The position numbers and the translations under genes are program-made. The notes below the pieces were generated by a model, which did not search any database, had not been told where the DNA came from, and saw only the letters and a list, made by a program, of their open reading frames with translations. A stretch of 64,000 nucleotides of DNA from Piedraia hortae CBS 480.64 (taxonomy: Eukaryota), in contig MU005961.1 of the NCBI GenBank assembly GCA_010093745.1, positions 310,001-374,000 on the forward strand, written 5' to 3'. Below, piece after piece: positions 34,616 to 45,915 of the stretch (positions are counted from its first letter, which is position 1; every line of letters begins with the position of its first letter).

Positions 34616-36753
34616 CTAATTGGATGCAAAGCCGCCTTTTTGCAGGGCAGCATCTACAATTTCGTTCCCGTTAATCATACTCGTCGTGGCAATGACAATC
34701 TTTCTTCCGCTCGCAGCTTCAATCTGGCTGCTTACATAGCGCAACGCTGCAACCTCGGCCCAGGTCACGCCGCCCAGGTAGAAGACGACGGTAGTTTTCG
34801 GTCCCTCCTTGCGAAGAGCTGATCTCACAGCGCTCGCGTCTTCATTCGCCCCGGCCTGGGTTACATCCACCGTTGCTCCACGCATGCGGCCGAGACTGTC
34901 TTCGAAGCCTTTCCAGCCGCTACCAGAAGTTGTGACTGGCGCCCCCGATGCAGGTGCATTCTTGGGTGGGTTCAGTAAGCCTTGCAGGTAACTCTTTTGT
35001 AAAACACACTGCACCAGCCGTACGCTAAGCGGGGCGTAGCCGCTGAACACGTAGGCAACGTCTTGTGGGTCAGATTCATTGATATCGTCAACCCAGAGCG
35101 ATAGCGATCGACGAATGGCGGCCCAATCAGTGGTGGTCTGGCCTGCACTTCCCGCAATGGGGTTCAGGAAGCCTTTGTGTGCTTCCCTTGACACGAGGAG
35201 GCCCATTTTGCCGAGATTGGCGAGGGTGATCAGATGCTGGAAGCCGTAAGCTAGCAACACCTGGCGCTTGAAGTTTTCCAGATCCCGCTGGCGGAAGCCG
35301 TTTGCAAGACAGCTTTCAAGACATAACAGTCTCAGTACAGTCTTCAAGGGCGCCTCGCGTGCGATCAACTCTTCAATATTATCGTGTATCGTGTTAGGGT
35401 CAGAGCCGATCAGCAGCGTCTGCTCCACTTCCAGCGTGTTACTAAAGGTTTCAGACTTTGTAAACGTCGTGATCGATTCAGCCAATGCGGTGTGCGTCTT
35501 CAGTGCGGCCTGTTCGGCTTGGTAACCCGGGAGCTTGGCCACGTTGGCTCGTAGATCGGCAATGCTCTGGTCTTTGGATTTGATATTGTCCTGTTCAGAA
35601 GCTAGTCTACGGGCGACTCGATTGAGAGAGGGCCCAATAGTTGCAAAGTTGACATTCCGTATGTCCGGGAAGAGCTTGCTGTTGTTGTCCAGCTGAATTT
35701 TCCGCTTTGGCGATGCGCCTTCCAGCACCGACGAGTCTACCTCGATCTGGTTATGTGCCACGCCAAACACCTCGTCCAGCAAGCCTTTGTATGTAAGCTG
35801 AGTAGCCAAGGCAGAGGGAAAATCTGTCTCGCGGTCGATGATGATAAGATTCTCCCACTCGGCACTTGGCGTCAGGCCGAATGAGTCGCTGTGGAGGCTG
35901 CTGGAAGCGTCGACTTCTTCCTCGCTTCTCATGCGTTGTAGCAGGTTTGCAAGCCGCTTTGCGCCGTCTCCTTTGCCCAAGATGCGTGGGAACATGCCCT
36001 TTTGCTTCTGCAGCTCCATCAAGGCCTGGGCTGCGGCAAAGACGCAAGTTGGATCCTTCCATAGACATAGGTCGTGAAAGGAGCTCTCCAACTCCAAGGA
36101 AAGCAGATCCTGCTCCAGGGGAATGAAGTGGAGTGGTATGGAAGTTATGCTGGTCTCACCCAACACACCGTGCTCTTCTAGCACAAGGTCAGACACTCGT
36201 GTTCGACGAGGGACCCATACAATGGTGAATTCATGGCTGATTTGGCTGGCCGTCCTCACCATGCGTATCTGTTCTGCTCCTGTTAGTTTTTTCTACCAGT
36301 GGAAAATGTAAGCATGTACTGATGGCTCCGACACGATAGAGACGCGGCGGGCTATAGGAGATGCTAGCTTTGATGTTGGGATCAAGACTGGATACGCAGA
36401 GTAGGAAGGAGTCTGCGTACGCTACTTTAAGATCCCGTAGATAGGATATGATAGGATAAAGGGAGCTTACCGGCTATTGTGCGCACTGTCTTCGCATTTT
36501 CGCCCCTTGCGAAGAATATAATATTTTTCTGGGACGTGTCTACGTTGTGGTTCTCAAGGAAGAAGAGCTTGTCGACGCCATGGTCCTGCAACGTGCTGAA
36601 CTTGACTAGCAGACCAAGGGTACCGGCGAGGCTCTGTTGGATGACGAGATTCTTCTTTCCTCGCGCCTGGCTGGGGTAAGTGGTTTTCAGCGGGCACGGA
36701 GATTGACTTACGGCTTCGATCACAGCCAAGACGCGGGAGACGGCCGAGTCCAT
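34616..36753 (-). CDS. VPS33: Sec1/Munc18-family vacuolar sorting protein Vps33; introns 36667-36711 and 36274-36470
   Basis: [83 protein letters not shown] and [12 protein letters not shown]. Confidence 0.93.
36304..36438 (-). ncRNA. Putative intronic box H/ACA snoRNA in VPS33 intron 2
   Basis: Hairpin (GGGATC/GATCCC plus TACGCAGA/TCTGCGTA), H box ACATCA (36371-36376), second hairpin (AGCAT/ATGCT, CTCC/GGAG), then ACA-TTT. About 135 nt inside an unusually long 197-nt intron. Confidence 0.7.
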
Positions 36754-36767
36754 TGTTGCTGTGGGGG

Positions 36768-38324
36768 ATGCGTCAACAGCTGGCAAAGGTGGTGCAGACA
36801 ACAATCATGGGCAAGGCCAAGGAGCAAATGGCGCTCAAAGTGCCCAAAGGCACCAAAGACTGGGCCGGGCGCGACATGGTGCTGCGTAATCACATCTTTG
36901 CGACCATCACGCGCGTCTTCCAGCGCTTTGGCGGCGTCACGCTGGACACGCCGACCTTTGAGCTCAAGGAGATACTGACGGGCAAGTATGGCGAAGACAG
37001 CAAGCTCATCTACGACCTCGCCGACCAGGGCGGTGAGCTGTGTGCGCTCCGCTACGACCTGACGGTCCCCTTTGCGCGCTGGCTGGCCATGAATCCCGCC
37101 GTCAGCAGCATCAAGCGCTACCAGCTGGCCAAGGTCTTCCGCAGAGACCAGCCCGCCATGACCAAGGGCCGCATGCGCGAGTTCTACCAGTGCGATTTTG
37201 ACATCGCCGGCACCTTTGATCCCATGCTGCCTGACGCCGACATCTTCAAGATCATCACCCAAGTGTTTGACGCCCTCGGCTGGAATGGCCGCTACACAAT
37301 CAAGACAAACCACCGCAAGATCCTCGACGGCATTTTCCAGGTGTGCGGAGTGCCCCAAGACAAGCTGCGCACCATCAGCAGCGCCGTAGACAAGCTCGAC
37401 AAGAGTCTGTGGAGCGAAGTGAAGCGTGAAATGACCGAGGACAAGGGACTAGACGCTGAAATCGCAGACCGCATAGGTCAATATGTCACCCTAAAGGGCC
37501 AGCCGCTGGATCTCCTGCAGAAGCTTCAGGCAGACGCCCAACTCAGCGGAAACGAATCGGCAAAGGCCGGGCTGGAAGACATGAGTCTATTGTTCAGATA
37601 CCTGGACATCTACTCTGTGCTTGACAAGGTCTCGTTTGACATGTCGCTTGCCCGGGGTCTAGACTACTACACGGGCGTCATCTACGAAGTTGTCACCGAA
37701 GGCTCTGCGCCTCAGACCAGTCAAGGCCAAGCAATCCAGCACAGGGCCAAGAAAGAGTCAAGGAAGGCAGACGATGAAGATGGATCCAATGATCCCAATA
37801 TCGGTGTAGGCTCCATCGCTGCTGGGGGTCGCTACGACGAACTAGTCAAGATGTTCGCCCCCCGTTCCAACATGCCCTGTGTGGGCATCTCTTTTGGCAT
37901 CGAACGCATCTTTTCCATAATCAAATCCCGCGATCAAGAGTCTTCCACCTCTCGCTCCAATGATGTTGACGTATACGTCATGGCACTGGGCGGCAAGGAC
38001 TTTGACGGAGGACTAAAGGAACGAATGGAAGTTGCCTCTCGTCTGCGCAATGCGGGCATCAACGCCGAGTTCATGTTCAAAGTCAAGCCAAAACTTCTGC
38101 AGCAGTTTAAGGCGGCTGAGCAGAATAACGTTCCCTTTGCTCTCATTCTCGGCGAGGACGAGCTCAAGAACGGACAGTGTAAGATCAAGGAACTGGGCCT
38201 GCCAGAAGGACACCCGGAAAAGGACGGCGTTGTCGTGCCTCTGACTGATATGGAAAAGGAGGTCAAGAAACGAATCGATGCTGCGAATGACCTGTCCAAT
38301 GGCGTGCAAAAGTTGACCGTTTAA
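36768..38324 (+). CDS. HTS1: Histidyl-tRNA synthetase (ATGs at 36768 and 36807)
   Basis: [47 protein letters not shown] and [10 protein letters not shown]. Confidence 0.97.
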   Translation: MRQQLAKVVQTTIMGKAKEQMALKVPKGTKDWAGRDMVLRNHIFATITRVFQRFGGVTLDTPTFELKEILTGKYGEDSKLIYDLADQGGELCALRYDLTVPFARWLAMNPAVSSIKRYQLAKVFRRDQPAMTKGRMREFYQCDFDIAGTFDPMLPDADIFKIITQVFDALGWNGRYTIKTNHRKILDGIFQVCGVPQDKLRTISSAVDKLDKSLWSEVKREMTEDKGLDAEIADRIGQYVTLKGQPLDLLQKLQADAQLSGNESAKAGLEDMSLLFRYLDIYSVLDKVSFDMSLARGLDYYTGVIYEVVTEGSAPQTSQGQAIQHRAKKESRKADDEDGSNDPNIGVGSIAAGGRYDELVKMFAPRSNMPCVGISFGIERIFSIIKSRDQESSTSRSNDVDVYVMALGGKDFDGGLKERMEVASRLRNAGINAEFMFKVKPKLLQQFKAAEQNNVPFALILGEDELKNGQCKIKELGLPEGHPEKDGVVVPLTDMEKEVKKRIDAANDLSNGVQKLTV

Positions 38325-38338
38325 ATAGATACCCAGTC

Positions 38339-40033
38339 CTATTCTCCGTCTAGAGCGACATTGTCAAAATTCTGTATGAACTTCACATACCACCTCACGG
38401 TGGAGAGATGGTTTTCCACGCTGATCCTTTCATTGACTGTGTGCACTTTCTTCATGTCATTCTCCCAGTTGGGATCGTAGCCCGGTCCGTACCGGAAGAT
38501 GTGCTTGGTCAGATCCCAATAGTGCCTCGTGTCGGTGTTTCCAGTCATAATCATCGGACTGACGACTACGGGCTCGTCGTCAACCGTGTAGAGTGACCTC
38601 GTCGTCCCAGCCAGGACTGCAAACGGCGTCAGCCTTCCGCCTTTTGTCAACGCGCTCGGGCTGACAGGTGCAGGCAGAAGGGTGCTATTTTCCTTGTGGA
38701 GGCAAATCGAGCCCTGCTCTTCTTTGCCATCCCATGCATGGACTTTCAGGTCAAACTCCTTACCTACCTTCTTAGCAATTTCCTCCAGCCTGTCCCACAC
38801 CATTTCCGGCTTCTCGCCAACGTTGACTCTGTGGTTAACCCATGCCTCCGCCCTCTCCGGCAGGGCATTGAGCTTGACACCGCCAGACACGACGTCAACC
38901 GCCTGCGAAGTCTGCAGTAGATACCTCATCTCTTGCGACGTTTTTGCCGTTTCGGCCGCCAACCTCCTTCTGCAACCTTTACCAAGCAGCTTCCTCAGCT
39001 TATGTGGGAAAGAGTCCGCGTAACGAGCTCCACACTGTAGCATTTCGCCCACTGGATTCTGCTGATCCAAGTACGGCGTATAAGTCTCCCCCTCAATCTC
39101 CGTAATGAGTTTCGCGAGAATACCGATGGCTGTATGCCGCGGCGGGACGGATGAGTGTCCTCCCTGCAGCCTGACACTGACCTTAACATCAGTATACCCC
39201 TTCTCCCCCACGCCGGGAATAGCGAAGCGTCTCCCCCAAAGATCAGCCATTCCGAACCCCTCATCAACAATCGCCGCAACCCCATCATCCCCGTACCTCT
39301 CGCGAAGCGATCCCGCAACATACCTCGCGCCCTGGAGTCCAGAGATCTCCTCATCGAACCCAAACGCCAGCACCGTCGTCCTACGCGGCACGAACCCCGC
39401 CTTCAATAAACCCTCCACCGCCTCAAGAATAGCAATAAGACTATTCTTACAATCATTCGCGCCGCGACCATGCACAAACGTGCCGTCGTAGAACCCGCTA
39501 AACGGAGGATGCTCCCACTCAGAAACCGTCGAAGCCGCTACGGGAACCGTGTCATAATGCGCCATCAGCACGAGCGGTTTCTTGCCCTCGTCCCTCCCGC
39601 GCCAGGTATATACCAATCCGTGGGTGTTTACCTTCTCCAGCGAGAGAGCAGAGTTTACCCGAGAAAAGGTTTGTGTGAGGTAGGTTGAGAAATTGGTCAT
39701 CTTGTCCCAGCGGGGGTCGTGCCCTACGGGCCCAAAGTCATCGTGCGTTTCGGTTTCGATTTGTACGGCTCCTGAGAGGGAGGCGATGCTGAGGGCGCGG
39801 TAAGACGGTGAGTGGAGCGTTGTCCATAGTTTGTCTAGTGCTGGTGTGGTTGGTGGTGTGAGTGGTTCTGCTTGGGAACAGGTTTCTTTGGGTGACTCGG
39901 TGGAGTTGACTAGAGGGTAGGTGTAGAGTAAAAGACAGATGAGACATGTTGATAAAATGACTTTGAGGATGTAGTGGAGTTTCCTAGAAGGTGGGCGTTC
40001 ATAAACGGTCGGGAGTGCTTCTTGTTTTTTCAT
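38339..40033 (-). CDS. CPS1: Vacuolar Gly-Xaa carboxypeptidase (M20)
   Basis: N-terminal TM anchor, LMAHYDTVPV, GRGANDCK, FGFDEE, DEG, GGHSSVPP and HTVNE. Confidence 0.92.
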   Translation of the reverse strand: MKKQEALPTVYERPPSRKLHYILKVILSTCLICLLLYTYPLVNSTESPKETCSQAEPLTPPTTPALDKLWTTLHSPSYRALSIASLSGAVQIETETHDDFGPVGHDPRWDKMTNFSTYLTQTFSRVNSALSLEKVNTHGLVYTWRGRDEGKKPLVLMAHYDTVPVAASTVSEWEHPPFSGFYDGTFVHGRGANDCKNSLIAILEAVEGLLKAGFVPRRTTVLAFGFDEEISGLQGARYVAGSLRERYGDDGVAAIVDEGFGMADLWGRRFAIPGVGEKGYTDVKVSVRLQGGHSSVPPRHTAIGILAKLITEIEGETYTPYLDQQNPVGEMLQCGARYADSFPHKLRKLLGKGCRRRLAAETAKTSQEMRYLLQTSQAVDVVSGGVKLNALPERAEAWVNHRVNVGEKPEMVWDRLEEIAKKVGKEFDLKVHAWDGKEEQGSICLHKENSTLLPAPVSPSALTKGGRLTPFAVLAGTTRSLYTVDDEPVVVSPMIMTGNTDTRHYWDLTKHIFRYGPGYDPNWENDMKKVHTVNERISVENHLSTVRWYVKFIQNFDNVALDGE

Positions 40034-40152
40034 TGTTTGGTGAGTTGAATCAACAAGCCGGGGTGGGGGTTTGACTTTGATGTTGCTGTCATCTGATACC
40101 TGTCTATGTACAATGTGCACGGGCCAGGCTAGGTTCATTATGCTTGTTGATA

Positions 40153-41045
40153 TCATCTACCACTGCTTCTGCTTCCGCTCTTGCTCCGACTTGGACTGCG
40201 GCTTAGCCTTGGTCCTTCGCTGTTAGAGATAATGTCTCTCCTCGGCAACGAACGCCGTCTGCGTTTTGGTAGTGGCGAACGACTATCCTCACGCACTCGT
40301 TGTCTAGGAGGTGGTGAGTATTTTCTGCGCTTGTCGGGGCTCCTAGACGGCGAAAGCCTCCTGCTACGTCTCTCGATGCTTCTTGATATCGGGGAACCCG
40401 AACGTCGACGGGGCACGTAAGAGTCTATGCGTCTGTCATTGTAGCGTCGTGGAGACCGACGCCGGCGCCCGCGATCTCTTCCATGTCGCCCATTTCGCAC
40501 ATCTCTACAATTCATGCGGTCAAGCTCCCGTTCTCGCTCGATTTCTAGCCTCTGGCGCTCTTCTTCGCGGGCATGTTCTTCTTTCATCTGCTTGGTCAGT
40601 TGGTTACAGCATTCAACGAGCCAAACTCACCCTTTCCCGGAGAATTTCCTGTTTCTTGGCTTCCAAGAGCACTTTAGGTATCCCCTGAGCACTCTCTTGT
40701 GCGCTAATACAGAGCTTCCACAGCTCTTCGCAGAACTTTGGCGCATCCTTCTCTAGAAAACCTTGCAACGAAATTTGCAGTCTCTTAATGTCGGGCTATA
40801 CGGTCAGCGTCATCATTTGGATTCAAAAGTGCACGTACGTATCTCGATCCTTCAATTAGATTATAAACCAGTTCAGTGACAACCTCGTCTTCGTTGCCCA
40901 GAATCTTGAGCAACTCGTCCGATATCCACTTCTTGATTACCGGTCCATTGACCTTCTGCATATCCACCTTTGTGGAAAAGATTGAGGGAAATTTAGTGCT
41001 CATCAACAGACGCTTGTCAACGTCCGTGGTCAGCTTGGCCGACAT
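40153..41045 (-). CDS. PWI-domain SR-related splicing protein (SRRM1/SRm160-like); introns 40796-40838 and 40588-40630
   Basis: TKFP..F..KVDMQKVN..VIKKWI..LGNEDEVV..Y|PDIKRLQISLQGFL..FCEELW, followed by an RS-rich tail. Confidence 0.92.
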
Positions 41046-41213
41046 GGTGGATGCGGGGAAAACAAAACCACCAACTATGCAAGTCGCAGATGTTTTATCC
41101 GATCTCACGTCGTTGAGCGCCTGCGTACGTTGATTTTCTTCTACAGACGATCGATATTGACGACGCAGGATCCCAAAGCTGCTCTCGCTCTAGTAGCGGC
41201 GAAACCTGACAGG

Positions 41214-41369
41214 ATGGCCGACGACGGCGATGAAGACCTCAAACGCGCAAAGGATCTCTGCGAACTGCATACAACCGTCAAGCTAGCTCATCAAGACGGG
41301 CCGAACAAGGAGCTTCACGAGGCACGAGAGACCGTCAACGATGTGATCTCTGAGCTGGCCAGAGCATAA
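41214..41369 (+). CDS. Small 51-aa protein of unknown function
   Basis: MADDGDEDLKRAKDLCELHTTVKLAHQDGPNKELHEARETVNDVISELARA; good ATG context, helical composition, and it fills the gap between two genes. Confidence 0.5.
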   Translation: MADDGDEDLKRAKDLCELHTTVKLAHQDGPNKELHEARETVNDVISELARA

Positions 41370-41460
41370 CCCTGACCCTATGTAACCCTATAACTCCTTT
41401 GACCCTGAGCCTCCCCTTATCAAGCCCCACTTTGACAGCAAACAGCGAACCCAAACAAAC

Positions 41461-42128
41461 ATGCACAAACTGAAAAGCGTTTTCGGTAAAAAATCGTCGG
41501 CCTCCGCCTCAGAGAATTCTGGGAGCAACTCCGGGATGTCCACTGGCAGCTCGGGGGCGGCCGCAGGCAAGCCGGGTGTTCCATCCGGCAAATCAACAGG
41601 CAATGGTGATAACGCTAAAGGCGTCATCATGCACACCAACGTTGGCGATATCGTCATTGCCCTATACCGCGATCAGACGCCAAAGGTGAGTATAAATCTA
41701 TAGATGATGACGCCCCCGCCGACAAGTGTCAGACATGCCGCAATTTTGCAACGTTGGCGGCGACAGGAAAGTACGACAATGTGATTTTCCACCGTATCAT
41801 CGCTGGGTTTATGATCCAAGGCGGAGACCCAACGGGAACCGGCCGTGGCGGAAGCAGCATTTACGGTGCTAAGTTCGAAGATGAAATTGTGCCAAGCCTC
41901 GTTCACAAAGACAAGGGCACGCTGAGCATGGCCAATTCCGGGCCCAACACCAACGGTAGCCAGTTTTTCATCACTCTAGGTGCCACGCCGCATCTCAACG
42001 GGAAACACACCGTCTTTGGCCACGTGGCGGAGGGGATGGATGTCGTGGACAAGCTCGGCGCGGTCAAGACGGACTCAAACGATAGGCCGCTGTCGCCGGT
42101 GTGCATCGAGTATTGCGAAGTTTTCTGA
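41461..42128 (+). CDS. Cyclophilin-type PPIase (PPIL1-like) with a Gly/Ser-rich N-terminal extension; intron 41686-41732
   Basis: [63 protein letters not shown]. Confidence 0.95.
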
Positions 42129-42155
42129 GCATTTGAGCCCGAAAAGTCATTGTGT

Positions 42156-43160
42156 TCACTCCGGTTCAACATGTCTATGTTTGTCTCTTAGGCCATTAAT
42201 ATCATACTCACACTGTCCCGCCAACTGCACAATTGCCCTCGCCTTGCCCGCAACAGGTGCATCAATCATCTTTCCGTCCAGTGTCCACGCCCCTCTGCCC
42301 TGCTTATCTGCCTTTTCATCTGCAATGCACACTTTGACTGCCCACTCAACCTCGTCTTCAGCAGGTCCGAAGACTTGCTGCACAATATCCACCTGATCAG
42401 GATGAATGACCTGTTTTCCAGTAAACCCAAGTCGTTTCCCATTCTCACTCTCCTTGCGAAGCGTCTCCGTCCCCTTATCCCCTCTATAAGCTGTCGTGAC
42501 GAGATCCAGGGCACTATCCAGCCCAAACGCCTTTGCGGCCGTGACAATTGCGCTGCGCGCATACAGAAACTCGCTGAGATCCGGGGTGCGCGTGATGCCG
42601 AGATCAAGTGCAAAGTCCTCGGCCGCAAAGGTTAGACCGCTCAGGTTCTTCGCTGCAGTGCAAATTGAACTAAGATCCACGATCGCACGCGCAGACTCGA
42701 TCAGCGCGATCAATTTGATAGGTCTATCTCTCGTGGGAAGGTGATGGGCGATCATATCTGTGACGAAGACTATATCCTTTGCGGAGTTGACTTTGGGGAT
42801 GACGAGGGTATCGAGGTTTGTGGCGGCGCCGTTGCAGCTGAGGACCGTAGAGAGGTCATCCTCGGCAAGGCCGGATGATACGCTGTTTATTCGCACCGAG
42901 AGCTCGCTGATTTGTGCGGACTGTGTTCGTGGGAGGTTGAGGATCTGGCATATGTTTTCTCTAGCGGCGGGTTTGAGGGACGGGGTGACGGAGTCTTCGA
43001 GGTCGAGGGCTAAGGAGTCGACCTTAAGACCGATGGATTTATGAAGGAATTTACTTGAGCTCCCCGGTACGTAGAGCTGGGCGCGTCGGAGGAGGGTCAT
43101 GTTTTTTTTTTCCGGATGGTGCTGCCCATTTAGGAAGGCACGCAAGCTTTGGGTGGACAT
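42156..43160 (-). CDS. Citrate lyase beta-subunit-like (CitE/CLYBL) protein
   Basis: [45 protein letters not shown] and DGKMIDAP. Confidence 0.92.
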   Translation of the reverse strand: MSTQSLRAFLNGQHHPEKKNMTLLRRAQLYVPGSSSKFLHKSIGLKVDSLALDLEDSVTPSLKPAARENICQILNLPRTQSAQISELSVRINSVSSGLAEDDLSTVLSCNGAATNLDTLVIPKVNSAKDIVFVTDMIAHHLPTRDRPIKLIALIESARAIVDLSSICTAAKNLSGLTFAAEDFALDLGITRTPDLSEFLYARSAIVTAAKAFGLDSALDLVTTAYRGDKGTETLRKESENGKRLGFTGKQVIHPDQVDIVQQVFGPAEDEVEWAVKVCIADEKADKQGRGAWTLDGKMIDAPVAGKARAIVQLAGQCEYDINGLRDKHRHVEPE

Positions 43161-43250
43161 CGGGTGAGGTGCAAAAGTCGCGAGTGGCCAAAACTCGTGG
43201 ATCGTCCTCCAACCTCACACACACTAGCTGGACGATCCCGAGAACCCACA

Positions 43251-43914
43251 ATGTCCACACCGGCACCGGAGCCGCAGCCGGGAGAGCTGAACGTGCGTCT
43301 GTCGGCGCAGCCTCTCACATTGATCACGTTTCTTCTATTGCGAATCGGTATGTCCTTTTCGAAAACGCTCAACATTACTGACTGTTCCAGCACCGCTGCT
43401 GGTCTACCTCCTCGGCCTCCTGTTCACGTCAAACTTCATCCTTGTCTTCATCGTCACCATCCTCCTACTGGCGGCCGACTTTTATAATGTCAAGAACATA
43501 GCTGGCCGTAGATTGGTAGGCTTGCGTTGGTGGAACGAACACGGACGTAGTAGCGAGGGGAATCCGCCGGGCACCGTCCAGGGAAGCACGAGTCACTGGG
43601 TATTTGAGAGCGCACCGCCCCCTAATGAACCGGGTGGGAAGATTGTCAATGCAACAGACAAGAGGTTCTTCTGGCTGTCACTCTACGTGCAGCCAGCGCT
43701 GTGGATCGGCCTCGCTATCCTCGCCTTTGTCAAGCTTGAATTCATATGGCTAACGCTCGTCGTTATTGCCCTTGTCCTGACCATTACAAATACGCTGGCG
43801 TTCTCTAGATGCGACCGCTTCAGACAAGCCGAGGGCTTGGTCGGCAGGGGTCTGTATTCGGCCACCCTCGCCAGGAGCGTCGGTGGAGCTCTAATATCGC
43901 GCGTCTTTGGATGA
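43251..43914 (+). CDS. TVP23: Golgi membrane protein Tvp23; intron 43348-43390
   Basis: [57 protein letters not shown]. Confidence 0.93.
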
Positions 43915-43963
43915 TATATCGGCATTCATGACATTTCGTTCTACCAAAGTAATCCAATCTTCA

Positions 43964-45209
43964 TTACACGTGTCCCTCTGTGAGCACCCGCTGTCGCTCT
44001 TCTTCTGCCTTCATCTCGCGCACTTTGGCGAGCACAACCTATGTCCGTCAGCACGGTGCTCAGGCGGATCGAAACACTTGCCTCTCGGAAAATGGCGGCC
44101 CGAGTTACTCTACTAGGCCTCCGTGGCCGCTCAGCCGCTTCCGGTGGTCGGAGACCGTCATTGTGGTGTGCAGAAACGGCTTCCTCAGCCGCCCTCTCGG
44201 CGTCAGCAGGGAGATCAGACTCTTGTGTCTCATCTTCCTCATCCTCTTGCATCCTTAGCGCTTCAATGCGGTTGGCCAGCTTGATTATCTCCACACCACG
44301 CCGCAACCTGGCTCGGGTTATGTAGGCCTTGATTTCAGGCAGCACGTTGTGGTCCGTAGCCCCTACGCCTCGGATCCACGGGTCCTCCAGGGCTTGCTTG
44401 GAGGTTGCCCGCTCACGCGGATCAGGCTTCAGCAATGACGTGATGAAGTCTTTGGCCTGTTGTGACACGTCCTTCCAATGACGGTTGTGAAAGATGACTC
44501 TTCCCGTCTGCGTCTCTTCTATCAGATCGGCCAATGATTCTGACCGAAAGGGCGAGTAGCCGCAGAGAAGAGTGTAAGTAATCACGCCCAATGACCACAT
44601 GTCTACCGGCTTACTGTGGCCCTTTTTAAGCATGACCTCGGGAGCAGCGTAGCCAAACGAACCAGCCATGGTCCTGAGAACGCCGTCAGGGCTGTCCAGA
44701 TGCTTGGCGATGCCAAAATCGGCCAGGACAAGGTCCGAATGCGCATCTTTGGTGAGGTATAAGAGGTTCTCTGGTTTCAAGTCGCGGTGGACAATGTTGT
44801 GCTGATGCAAGTAGTCGACGGCCTCCAGCACCTGGCAGATGGTGCTGGAAGCATCCTTCTCGGTGAACTTCCCCAACTGGCAAATGCGATCAAACAATTC
44901 GCCGCCCGTCGCCAGCTGAGTAACTATATAGTACTTATCCCTGCTCTCAAAGCAATCAACAAAGCGAACGATGTGTGGATGGTGGAGCTCTTTCAGCATA
45001 TTAAGCTCATCTTGGACCATTTCATCGTTGCCCTTTACGTTTTTCTTTAGGATAATCTTGACTGCGACCTTACCGGACGGGCTTTCGGCCTCCTTGACGA
45101 TGCCATATGTGCCGGCGCCCAGCGTGCGGCCCATACGATACCGCGACTTGCGGTCGTATGAGTCCGGCTGGTGCCAGCGATGCAGCATGCTTGAGAGGGA
45201 GGAAGACAT
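43964..45209 (-). CDS. cmkA: Ca2+/calmodulin-dependent protein kinase (CmkA/CMK1 type); GC-AG intron 44039-44081
   Basis: LGAGTYG, HRDLKPEN, DFG, AGSFGYAAPE. The spliced C-terminus is AIFRE|VVLAKVREMK..HV*. Confidence 0.94.
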
Positions 45210-45387
45210 CCTGCGCCTCCCAACACTCAGCCTCCTGCCGTCCGATAAGGCGCGGGGGATTGCAACCCCGCGCGAGAGTCACGTGCCAGTCATGTTCTCA
45301 CATTCGCCTGATTGGGTTCACTGTTCCCTCCGCCGTAAGAGGCTAAGTCTAGAGCAGCTGTGTAACTCATCCTTTTCTCTTCCCACC

Positions 45388-45915
45388 ATGGCCTCTCTCT
45401 CTAGCCGTCGTCTACAACGCGAGCTTGTAAAGGTATTCTTCATTATCTTCATCTAACCTAAGACCCCGTCCCTGATTAATAACTCCCAGCTCCAAACCTC
45501 TACCGCGCCCGGTATCACGCTGGCCAACGCAGAAAATCTGGATGAATGGCTCGTCGATCTCCGCATCCCGGACAATCCTATCTATCCCAGCAACGAGATG
45601 TTTCGCCTCCGCCTGACCTTTAGTCCGCAGTACCCCATCGAGCCTCCCGAAGTCGTCTTCCTCTCCCTCCGCGATCCCGAGCGCAAAGTCCCTATCCATC
45701 CGCACATCTATTCCAATGGCATCATCTGTCTGGACATCCTGGACAAGGAGGGCTGGAGTCCCGTGCAGAATGTGGAGTCGATTTGCATCTCCATCCAGTC
45801 GATGCTGGCCGGGAACACGGTTGCCCAGAGGCCCGAAGGCGATGAGGAATTTACCCGCACCAACAGACGGCGACCAAGGGATGTGTCATTCCTGTTCCAT
45901 GATAGGCATGTGTAA
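45388..45915 (+). CDS. Ubiquitin-conjugating enzyme, UBE2W-like; intron 45433-45489
   Basis: RRLQRELVK|LQ..YPIEPPEV.F..HPHIYSNGIICLDIL..WSPVQNVESICISIQSML. HPH/SNG is the UBE2W-type signature. Confidence 0.9.
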
